64,000 nt of DNA from a bacterium (GTDB lineage Bacteria; UBA8248): positions 1,568,001 through 1,632,000 of the forward strand of contig CBDBEV010000001.1 of NCBI GenBank assembly GCA_965204535.1. The letters run 5' to 3'. Below, one piece after another: positions 1 through 8,479 of the stretch. Position numbers and translations under genes: made by a program. The notes beneath the pieces were generated by a model. The model was not told the DNA's origin. It saw only the letters and a program-made list of their open reading frames with translations, and ran no database searches. The first letter of the stretch is position 1. Each line of letters begins with the position of its first letter.

Positions 1-1
1 C

Positions 2-1306
2 GCTGAACGTCTCTTCCACAGCATGTCGGTCGAAGAACACGCTCGCGCAGTGCCATCGCTTATCGACTTTCCGGTACCGTATCACCTGGACGAAATCGAA
101 AAGCGGGAATTCGTGAACCCCGTGCTGCTGATTGATCGATCCGCGTTGGTGCGAGGAGAAGCGATCCTCGTATCGGTGGAAAAGATCGACGATCTGCTCG
201 CTCGGACCACGCATGCCTCGCCGGACCGTGATTGGGTGATCACGACGCTTGTTTGGCTACATGAACGGGGGAGGCTGAACGAGCCGCAGTCCGAGCGCTT
301 TGGGCGCGTACTATGGGACGGCGTTGAACCACCAAGAGTGCCGGTCGTGGATGGCTACCACAGCTTTGTATGCATCACGTTACCGTATCCCGAAGAAGTC
401 GACCCGGAACCTCGGGTAAAGGAGCAGTTGAGGTCGTTGATCCGAGAACGAATGGGAGACAATCGCTTAGACGGTGTCTTGGACGAGCTGCGCGACTCTG
501 CGGAGGTGGTCAAGTGGTCTAGGATGGAGGCCTTGGAGTTGATCGTGGAATTCTTGGAGTGGTGGAACGAACACAAGTATCAGTTGCACCATCGCATGCC
601 GCTCCCGTTCGGGTCGCCCGCGGACAACACGAAACGCACGACCGGCAAAGTCATTGATGCCCTGTCAGCAGTATTTTCGCACCTGCCGGAGGACAATTAC
701 GGAGACGAGGGGTTTAAGCCGTTACGAGAATTCCTCGCAGATCTAGCGGCTCACGACATCCCCACGAAGAGGCTGGAAGCAGCGACATTGAGGATAGTTG
801 CCGAGGTTCGGGAACAGGTGCTTGAGGAAGTGGCCGCCGCGATGATCGACAATGATCATGAAGTTGTTGTCGATGCACTCTTGGCGGCCAGGGTCTTGGC
901 GTACACATCGGACGAGGAAGAGAAGCGCGGCAAGTTCACCCCCGTGGCCACCGTACTTGTCCAAGGCGTCCAATGGCGGCACCGTACAGCACTCGCTGAC
1001 AGGCTCCGCGTCGTAGCAGATCTGGTCAAGAACCAGCCCTGGTTTCTTTCGGTGGAGACATTGGTTAGCCTGCTGGCAGGGCTTGGAGAAATCGCAGAGG
1101 AAACATCGAGTGGCGTCAAGGGCAACGATCAGGATGGCGTGATCGTTATCCGGGCCTCGGCGGCGTCCTTGGCGTTTGCGTTGTTCGAGTACTTCCAGGA
1201 GGCTGGATCGGACGAACCAGAAGCGGTCCGACGTTGGCGAGAACTGTGCAACGATCCGGACGAGTTCTCGGAAGTCAAGAACTCATGGATGGTCGCTGGA
1301 GGCTGA
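2..1306 (+). CDS. C-terminal part of a large protein, possibly DSR1-like (SIR2-associated) defence protein; 5' end outside window
   Basis: Frame is open from the window start (AERLFHS before the ATG at 23). Helical-looking sequence ending WRELCNDPDEFSEVKNSW, resembling C-termini I recall for DSR1-type sirtuins. No SIR2 domain visible here. Confidence 0.45.
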   Translation, partial: AERLFHSMSVEEHARAVPSLIDFPVPYHLDEIEKREFVNPVLLIDRSALVRGEAILVSVEKIDDLLARTTHASPDRDWVITTLVWLHERGRLNEPQSERFGRVLWDGVEPPRVPVVDGYHSFVCITLPYPEEVDPEPRVKEQLRSLIRERMGDNRLDGVLDELRDSAEVVKWSRMEALELIVEFLEWWNEHKYQLHHRMPLPFGSPADNTKRTTGKVIDALSAVFSHLPEDNYGDEGFKPLREFLADLAAHDIPTKRLEAATLRIVAEVREQVLEEVAAAMIDNDHEVVVDALLAARVLAYTSDEEEKRGKFTPVATVLVQGVQWRHRTALADRLRVVADLVKNQPWFLSVETLVSLLAGLGEIAEETSSGVKGNDQDGVIVIRASAASLAFALFEYFQEAGSDEPEAVRRWRELCNDPDEFSEVKNSWMVAGG

Positions 1307-1744
1307 CCTGCCCTCTCCAGAATCTCCAAGGTCATCATTTCGACATCGTCTGCAGCCGTGAACTTTTGCTCCCCGTCAAGCTGTCCGAAAAGATGGAGCC
1401 ACCTCAGTCCTTGTGCAACACTATTTTCGCTGGGTCCTCCCTTCAGGGCCATCATGGCTTGACGGGAACGGTTTCCGACAGGTACTCGCAGGGATATGCT
1501 AGAGTTGTAATTCATCCGCTTCCGATTTGATTACTTCTTACAGAAAGCGAATTCCGGTCAAGATCAAGAACCACACATATTTCTCAATAATATCAACGGA
1601 ATAGCGGAATTCCCTGCCTGTCGAGACCCCCCACTTTATCTAACCACGCGGGAGAGCGGGATGCGCGCCCCCTCCCGCCGTGTGTTCGGGCGGCATGCAG
1701 GCGGCGGCAGCCATGCAATGCGGGAAGCCGCGCCGCCGCGCGGG

Positions 1745-2590
1745 CTACCTGCGCTTCGCGCCGAACGCGCCGACGTACGCCCCGGTGTCGAAGGCGCCCC
1801 AGGCCTCCTCGTGGCCGGGGCCGTGGAACCGCCCCTCGATGCGGTCGGCGCCGGCCGCGCCCTTGGCGAAGCGCCCGCCGGCCGGCTGCATGCCGGTCCA
1901 TTCGAGCGGCCCGCTGACGCCCTCGAGGTCGATCCCGACCTCGACGAGGGGCCTCGAGAGGTCGGCGACCCGCACCTCGGCGGTCCCGGGGAGGCGCTCG
2001 AAATCGGCGGTCCTGACCGCCTCGGCGATGCCCCGCCAGGCCGCGCTTCCGGTACCTGCGGGATTCGTCCCCGACGCCTCGCCGGCCGCCCAGGCGTGCG
2101 CCGTCATGAACCGGCCCCTCCAGAGTTCTCCGTCGGCCGCGACCGACAGCGCGCCCGCGCCGACTTCCACCGCCGCGTAGCCGTGCACGGCCCAGAAGCC
2201 GTAGCGGGTGAACGACGCATCAAAGACGGTCGCCGAGACCCCGGCGAAGACCTCCGTGAGCGGCGGCCCGCCGGTCGTGCCGCTCACCGTCGCGAACCCC
2301 TCCCGCATTCCTGCGCCCGAGAGCGTCCTCAGGTCGCTCGCCGCGCAGCCCGCCTCCGGGCAGGACAGCGGCACGGAGTCCTTCTCCTCGATCGGCCCCT
2401 CGCCCTCGCGGGTGAGCTCGTAGTCGAAGTACAGTTCCGAGACGAGCGGCGGGACAGAGCGCTGCGCTGCGCCGGGCGGTGGCGTCGTTACGGGCGGCGT
2501 CACAGTGCCGCCTCCGCCGTCCCCGCCGCCGCAGGCGGCAAGGGCCAGCGCGGCCGCGAGCGCCGCGGCGCGCAGAATCCAGGTCTTCAT
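1745..2590 (-). CDS. Surface lipoprotein with TbpB-like C-terminal beta-barrel
   Basis: MKTWILRAAALAAALALAA-CGGG lipobox; GSAAWRG...IEGRFHGPGHEEAWGAF...GAFGAKRR barrel motifs. Confidence 0.75.
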   Translation of the reverse strand: MKTWILRAAALAAALALAACGGGDGGGGTVTPPVTTPPPGAAQRSVPPLVSELYFDYELTREGEGPIEEKDSVPLSCPEAGCAASDLRTLSGAGMREGFATVSGTTGGPPLTEVFAGVSATVFDASFTRYGFWAVHGYAAVEVGAGALSVAADGELWRGRFMTAHAWAAGEASGTNPAGTGSAAWRGIAEAVRTADFERLPGTAEVRVADLSRPLVEVGIDLEGVSGPLEWTGMQPAGGRFAKGAAGADRIEGRFHGPGHEEAWGAFDTGAYVGAFGAKRR

Positions 2591-2645
2591 GAGAGTCGGT
2601 CTCCTTCCGTTCCGGCGGTCCGTTTGCCTGATCATGTCCGCCTCC

Positions 2646-5600
2646 TCAGAACCGCAGCCGCAGGTCGAGGCCGAGTTCGTACCCGGTTTCCGCCGCCGCG
2701 CTCTCGCGCCGCTCGCCCGCCAGTTCCACGCGCAGGTCCCCGCCCGGCACCTCGAAGCGGGTCCCGAGCCTGAGGCGCCGGCTTTCCCCGCCGGCCAGGT
2801 CGGCTTCCGCGAACGGCGTCAGCACCCCGCCCGCCTCGGGCAGCCAGAACCCGTAACCGACCCGCGCGTCGAGGGCCTCCTGTCCGGCGGCGGAGGGGGT
2901 CGGCATCTCCTCGGCCCACAGCGCATCCGCGCCGCCCGTCGCGGCGCCCCAGCGGGGCGCGAGCGCGAACCACAGGCCGCGCCCGTCCCCGGCGCCCGGA
3001 CCGACCCGCGCCGTCAGGCTCACCCCCTTCTCTTCCGCGCCATCCTCGCTGTGCGCCGCGAGCCAGCGCCCCCGCATCTCCACCGCAACACCCGTCGCGG
3101 CGTAGCGCACCCCGCCGGCCAGCTCGAACCCGCTGCCCTCGAGCCCGTCGCCGCCGTCGCGCCGCACCGCCGCCTCGAGGAACGGCTCGACCGACCACCC
3201 GCCCGCAAGCGCGAAGCGCCTCCTGGCCTCGATACCCGCCCGAAGACGCCAGCCCTCCGCGCTCAGGGCGTGGATCGCGTCCGGACCGGCATCGGTCTCC
3301 AGCCGCGTGACGCTCGCGTCCGCACGCACCGCCAGCGCCATGCCCGCCAGATCGGGAAGCGCACGCCTGACCCCCACCGACGCCATCCGCATCGTGAGGT
3401 CGCCCGTCTCCGCCTCCTCCCCTTCGGGCTCGTGGCGCGCCTCGCCCCAGCCCGCGCCCACCACGGCGCGCAACTCCAGGCCGTTCGCAAGCGTCCAGCG
3501 CCCGTAGGGATAGGCCGCCGTCAGCGTCGTCTCCAGGCGGCCCCGGCCGCCTGAGAGCCCGTAGTCCGCCTCGCCCTCGCCGTGCGACACCGCGAGCCCC
3601 GCCACCCAGGGACCGGCCCGCGCGTCCAGCCCCAGCCAGCCCGTGCGCAGTTTCCCGTCGTAGCGCAGCCCGGGCTCGCCCCGGCCCGCGAAACTCCCCC
3701 AGTCGCCACGGCCCCACACCGACCACAGCGGCCCCTCCGCCGCCCCCAGGAGCAGCGAGAAGGCGCTCGCGCGCAATAACTCCTCCGCTCCGATCTCACG
3801 GCCCGCCGCAACCGCCGCGCAGCCGGCCCCGAACCGTTCCGCCGCGCAGGGCCGCAGTTCCTGCGCAGCGGCAAAATCCGCCGCCGGCGCCGTCCCCGCG
3901 TCCAGCGTCACCGCCTGGCCGGCCAGCGTCAGCCCGCTCGCGCCGACATCCCCGAAACGCGCCCCGATGTTCTCCAGCGCGCTCGACATCGCCCGGCGCG
4001 CCGCCGCCGCGAGCGCGCGCCGCACCGCCTCCTTCACCCACGCACGGCGCGGGTCCGCCACCTCGATGGAGAAGGCGAGCGTGGCGGTGTCCCCGTCCGC
4101 GTCCGTAGCCGTCCAGGTGTATTCCGTCGCATCCCGCGCCCGCGACGGCGTGCCGGCCACCAGGCGCACGGCCGCGTCCAGCGTCAGCCCCGCCGGCGGG
4201 GCCGGCGTCAGGCGGTAGCGCAGCGTCCCGTCGCCGCCCGTCGCCCGAGGCAGCACGAGCGCCACCGCCGCGCCCGGCGTCCAGACCTGGTCCGCGACCG
4301 TGGCATCGCCGAAGCTCGGAGCGAGGACCGGTGCAACGCCTCCTCCTCCCCCGCCTGGGGACGTGCCGCCGGTGGGCGGGGTATCGCCGGTGGGCGGAGA
4401 ACCCTCGGTGGCCGGAGTGTCCGCGGTGGGCGGAGTGTCGCCCTCGTAGATCGTCACCTCCACCGAGGCCGGGCTGCCCGCGACCAGTCCCGCCGGCAGC
4501 GGCGTCCCCAGCGCCACCGTGAACCGCTCGTCGTCCCCGTCGTCGTCCGCCGTTGTCGATATGAACCCCGTTCGGCAGCACCTGCCGGCCGGGATCGTGA
4601 TCGACGCCAGCGTGCCGTGGTCGCCGGCTTCCGACGTGATTGCCCGTACCGTCAGCGGAATCGTCACGTCGGCAGCCAGCCCCGACGACAGCATCGCATT
4701 CACCGCCACGTCCGAACCCTCCGGCACGCGCCGGCTCACCTCGAGCCGCACCGTCTCGACGTGCGGCTCGTCGAGGTCCGTGATCCTGACCTCCACCGAG
4801 GACGGCGTGCCCGCCGCGTACCCCGCCGGCAGGCGCGCCGTGTCCAGCGCCACCGTGAACGTCTCGTCGTCCGTGTCGCTGTCCCGGTGCGTGGGGATGT
4901 TGACGAGGCCGGAGGAAACATTCTGTATGTCGGCCGCGACGTTGATGACGTACCGCCGCGTCCCGTCGGCGGGCGGCAGCGGGTCGTCCCGCTCCCCCCA
5001 GTCGGACGTCTCCGACGTGCCGTTGCGCACGATCACCGGGATCTTCACACCGCCCACCGTCCTGGTCGACACGTGCGCCCTCACCGCCACCGATTCGCCC
5101 TCCGCCACCGGGTTCGGCCTGACCCGCAGCCTGACCGTGGGGGTGTCCTGCGTGGGGGTGTCCTGCGCCTGCCGCGTTACGGTGACGGTGTAGTCCTTCG
5201 TGGTCCCGTCCTCCGCCGTCACCCGCACCGTGAAGACGTTGCCGGAGCCCACGGCCAGGGCGACGGCCCCGCTGGCCGTGCCGTCGGTCACCGCCGCCAG
5301 CGTCGTCCCCCGAAGGCCCACCTGCACCGTGGCCTTGCCCGTGTCATCCACCGTCGGCGTCAGCTTCACGTGGGTGATGCTGTTGGCCACCGTGGCCGTG
5401 TAGGATGTGGTGGCCTTGTCGAAGGCCGGCGACAGGGTGAACGGCGTGAACGTGCCCGAGGCGCTGTCGCTGCCGCCGGCCGTCAGGCCGCTCAGGTCGG
5501 CGTTGGAGGACTGGAGCGTCTGCGAGCAGGAGGTCCCGATGCTGAGCTGGACCGTGTCGCCGACGGACCAGCCCGCGTCGACGGACCAGAAGGTCTCATG

Positions 5601-6071
5601 GAAACTCGTGTCCGGGAGAGCGTAAGCGGTGGTGCCGACGCAGAACTTCAGATCCTGCGGGGGGGACGCTAGAGCTGGCTGGAGTCTTATTTCCAGTGAA
5701 TTCAGGCTCTGTTGAGAGTCGCGAACGTCCCAAACCCGTGTGAACGTATGGGTCGTGCCCCCGACCGTGAAGCTGGAGTTCGTCAACAGCGTATTGCACG
5801 AAACCGTGCTGCCCCCCGAAAGACTGTCACATCCCACGTCCTCGTCACCAAGGTCGCCGACCGTCAGCGTCGCCGACCACCACGTGGTAGCCTGCGCCGA
5901 GACGGGCGCGGCGGCGATCAGATGCAGACCGCACAGCAGCAGCGCAAGAACGGGTACGAGGAAGCAGAGGCAGGCGCGGCGGCGCCGGGGGGGCAGGTCA
6001 GGACGGCAGGCGCCTGCCGGAGTCGGAGAAGCCGATCGTTGCGCGCCGGCCCTTTGCCGGGCGCATTTCAT
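2646..6071 (-). CDS. Autotransporter-domain adhesin-like protein (cadherin-like beta-sandwich, Calx-beta-like and Ig-like passenger)
   Basis: Signal peptide ending VSA-Q; NADLSGL...VTAEDGTTKDYTVTVTR cadherin-like repeat; YTWTATDADGD Ig-like motif; WSVWGRG barrel start; terminal LDLRLRF. Start placed at ATG 6071 after GAAGAGGG. Confidence 0.85.
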   Translation of the reverse strand: MKCARQRAGAQRSASPTPAGACRPDLPPRRRRACLCFLVPVLALLLCGLHLIAAAPVSAQATTWWSATLTVGDLGDEDVGCDSLSGGSTVSCNTLLTNSSFTVGGTTHTFTRVWDVRDSQQSLNSLEIRLQPALASPPQDLKFCVGTTAYALPDTSFHETFWSVDAGWSVGDTVQLSIGTSCSQTLQSSNADLSGLTAGGSDSASGTFTPFTLSPAFDKATTSYTATVANSITHVKLTPTVDDTGKATVQVGLRGTTLAAVTDGTASGAVALAVGSGNVFTVRVTAEDGTTKDYTVTVTRQAQDTPTQDTPTVRLRVRPNPVAEGESVAVRAHVSTRTVGGVKIPVIVRNGTSETSDWGERDDPLPPADGTRRYVINVAADIQNVSSGLVNIPTHRDSDTDDETFTVALDTARLPAGYAAGTPSSVEVRITDLDEPHVETVRLEVSRRVPEGSDVAVNAMLSSGLAADVTIPLTVRAITSEAGDHGTLASITIPAGRCCRTGFISTTADDDGDDERFTVALGTPLPAGLVAGSPASVEVTIYEGDTPPTADTPATEGSPPTGDTPPTGGTSPGGGGGGVAPVLAPSFGDATVADQVWTPGAAVALVLPRATGGDGTLRYRLTPAPPAGLTLDAAVRLVAGTPSRARDATEYTWTATDADGDTATLAFSIEVADPRRAWVKEAVRRALAAAARRAMSSALENIGARFGDVGASGLTLAGQAVTLDAGTAPAADFAAAQELRPCAAERFGAGCAAVAAGREIGAEELLRASAFSLLLGAAEGPLWSVWGRGDWGSFAGRGEPGLRYDGKLRTGWLGLDARAGPWVAGLAVSHGEGEADYGLSGGRGRLETTLTAAYPYGRWTLANGLELRAVVGAGWGEARHEPEGEEAETGDLTMRMASVGVRRALPDLAGMALAVRADASVTRLETDAGPDAIHALSAEGWRLRAGIEARRRFALAGGWSVEPFLEAAVRRDGGDGLEGSGFELAGGVRYAATGVAVEMRGRWLAAHSEDGAEEKGVSLTARVGPGAGDGRGLWFALAPRWGAATGGADALWAEEMPTPSAAGQEALDARVGYGFWLPEAGGVLTPFAEADLAGGESRRLRLGTRFEVPGGDLRVELAGERRESAAAETGYELGLDLRLRF

Positions 6072-6288
6072 GCCGCCCTCTTCTTCTTCGGATGACGGAT
6101 GACGGATGACGGATGACGGATGACGGATGACGGATGACGGATGACGGATGACGGATGACGGATGACGGATGACGGATGACGGATGACGGATGACGGATGA
6201 CGGATGACGGATGACGGATGACGGATGACGGATGACGGACTGTAGCCGATGCCGCCGTCTCACGCAAGCTCTCTATACAGTTTTCCAT
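5998..6288 (-). CDS. Putative leader ORF spanning the heptamer tract
   Basis: ATG at 6288 preceded by GGGAGGG; reads through VIRHPSS repeats and overruns the autotransporter start out of frame. Confidence 0.4.
   Translation of the reverse strand: MENCIESLRETAASATVRHPSSVIRHPSSVIRHPSSVIRHPSSVIRHPSSVIRHPSSVIRHPSSVIRRRRGRHEMRPAKGRRATIGFSDSGRRLPS
6090..6236. repeat. Simple sequence repeat (GGATGAC)x21
   Basis: 21 perfect tandem heptamers counted directly. Confidence 0.97.
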
Positions 6289-6657
6289 CTTTCGAGTACC
6301 CTCCCTATCTCACTGACCCGGCAGGAACTCTATGCATGAAAACCATATTTTGTCTTGAACAATGAAAACAATTATAGCATATCCGCGACGGAATCAACAT
6401 TCTGAAATCGCGTCCGGAACGGGCGTTCAGGAATTCCCGCCTCTCACGCCCGTGTCAGCCGCCCCTCGACTGCCGCCGGACTTCCACCTGCTGCACGGAC
6501 ACCGGTTCGCCCGGCGCACACCCCATCGATTACCGGCCGGGTTGGGCGTCAAGTGCGGTGGGACCGATCGCGACGAGGGCTTTGTCTCCGTTGTCCGGGA
6601 CAGGCGCGGTCCGGTCGTCGAATCCAGGAGAATCAATCAGGCCGGCGCCGAAGCGGT

Positions 6658-7798
6658 TCACCGCTTCCCTCCGAACCCGGCGGCCAGGTCACGGCGTTCC
6701 AGCACGCCGGCCATCCCCTCGTGCCCGGGTCCGAAAAAAGCGCCCTTCACCTCACCGGCATCGCCGCCGGTCCGCATGAAGCCGTTTTCGCTCACGCGGA
6801 TCGAGTATTCGAGAGCGCCGTCGCCCCAGGTCGCGCCGGACCCGCTCACTCCCGGCGCCTCGCGAACGCCCCAGCGCTCCAGGCCGGTGAAGTCGAGACC
6901 TCCCTCGAGAGTCGCCAGATCGACCGCAAGGCGGGCGTCCCCGGCGACCGTTTCTCCCGATGGCCGCGAGATGCCCAGGAGCGCGCCGGTCCAGGTCGCG
7001 GCGCCCGTCAACGTCCGGTTGGCCGCCAGTTCGGTCGCCGGCGCCGGTCCCGAAGCCCAGGGCTGCGCCAGACCGTTTCTCAGGGAGACGCCGAAGGAAA
7101 CACCGGCGTCCGCGCCGGTGATCCCCAGATCCCCCCGGACGTGAAAGGACGCGTCCTCCCAGGGTCCGAGCCGCTCCGCGGTCATGTCTTCCGGCAAGGC
7201 GCCGGGCTCGAACCTGCCATAGGCCGCGAGCAGTGCGTCTCGATCCGCGAGGCCGAGGACGTGCGCGGGCGGGTTGGAGGGAGCGATGGGATTCAGCGTC
7301 GAGCGGGGGAAACGCTCCGGATCGGTATGGACATCGAACCCGAGGGAGTGCAGCAGTTCATGAACGACGACGTGGAGGACCGTCGCATCCGGCCAGGCCG
7401 CGTCGATAACCGATGTGTTGATCATTATGTGGCTCGATTGCGCACGGACATTTTCGTACCTCGTGTCACCTGCCCGGTAGAGTCGTCTCGGGAGCGCGAA
7501 ACCGAGAGGGTATGTGCCCGGGGCGAAGCGATAGGGCCATGACCGCCGCCTCCGCCTCGTCGGCCGCCATGACCGCCGCCTCCGCCGCATTCATCGCGGC
7601 CTCCCTCGCCGCTTCCAGCGCGCCCGGCGGCGCCCCGTTCATCGAGGCCTCCCTTGCCGGTTCCGGCGCGTCCGGCGGCGCCGCGGGAGCCCGGGGACCG
7701 CTGCCCCCGCCGCCGCAACCGGAAAGCAGAACCGCGATGGCCACCATTGTCATCGCGCACTTCATCGCAGCCCGCTTCGGACCTTTCCCGTCACGCAT
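6658..7798 (-). pseudogene. Frameshifted or internally deleted lipoprotein with zinc-metalloprotease-like motif and TbpB-like barrel
   Basis: Lipobox VLLSG-CGGG lies in one frame (ORF 7466..8158). HELLHSLGFDVH and the barrel ending GFGGKR lie in another frame (6658..7590). Break near 7530-7540. Confidence 0.65.
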
Positions 7799-7889
7799 GG
7801 TGACCCCCTCCATGTAAAGTCGTCGCAGGATTCCCCGGGCAATCGTACGCGGCACGGACACGGGCCAGGCGGAGAAGTCCCTCGCCGGA

Positions 7890-8140
7890 AGTTTTCCATG
7901 GGCGGCGCGAAACTTCACCGCTTGCCCGCGCATGCGATGCAGCGCAGGACCGCTTGTTGCTCCTCGCTCCTGAGCGCAACCGCCTTCACGCCGGGCTGCC
8001 GCACCGCCGTCCGGACCGCGCGCGCGTCGTGCGCATCGTTCCCGTTGCCACCCGTGAAGGGTCTGATCATCTTCGCCGCAGGAAGCCCGGCCTCGTTCCC
8101 CGGTTCCCGCAGCCGCCGCACGCCTCCATCGAGACCACGC
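7890..8140 (-). mobile_element. IS110-family transposase remnant
   Basis: RPFTGGNGNDAHDARAV...ALRSEEQQAVL, then ALHRMRGQAVKFR after a frameshift; matches the IS110 KPF..NKND..DA..I / KSEEQQA.L.LHR.R pattern. Confidence 0.7.
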
Positions 8141-8392
8141 GTGGCGTGCGATTGACAAAATACTCCAGGAACTCTAGTCCCTTCCCGGACTGGAATCAAG
8201 GGTTTTTCAACAGCCTCGCATGCGGCGGCCGACACTGCGAACGTTGCGGATCCAGGCCGGCCGGGTCGGGTCGCCGCCCAGCTTTCGGCGGTGGCGGAAT
8301 TGTGTTATTTTTTTCTTTTTTCGCCGAAATCGCTTGCCGTCCGAACGGCGGAAAGAAGAGAACACGAGCACCTGAAAAAGGAGGGCCCGAAC

Positions 8393-8479
8393 ATGCGACC
8401 CACTCCTGGAAAGAGCACGCCGGGGCTTGATCATCGGCTACAGTCCGTCATCCGTCATCCGAAGAAGAGGGCGGCATGA
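8393..8479 (+). CDS. Putative leader peptide MRPTPGKSTPGLDHRLQSVIRHPKKRAA
   Basis: AAGGAGGG RBS before ATG 8393; contains 2 GTCATCC units; TGA overlaps the next ATG (ATGA at 8476-8479). Confidence 0.5.
   Translation: MRPTPGKSTPGLDHRLQSVIRHPKKRAA

Noticed and set aside
6090-6236. Repeat array as CRISPR
   Set aside because: Perfect tandem 7-mers with no spacers and no cas genes
6072-6263. VIRHPSS repeat as the true N-terminus of the 1205-aa ORF
   Set aside because: The GTG at 6263 has no clear RBS, and the paralogous gene starts at the equivalent MKCARQ ATG
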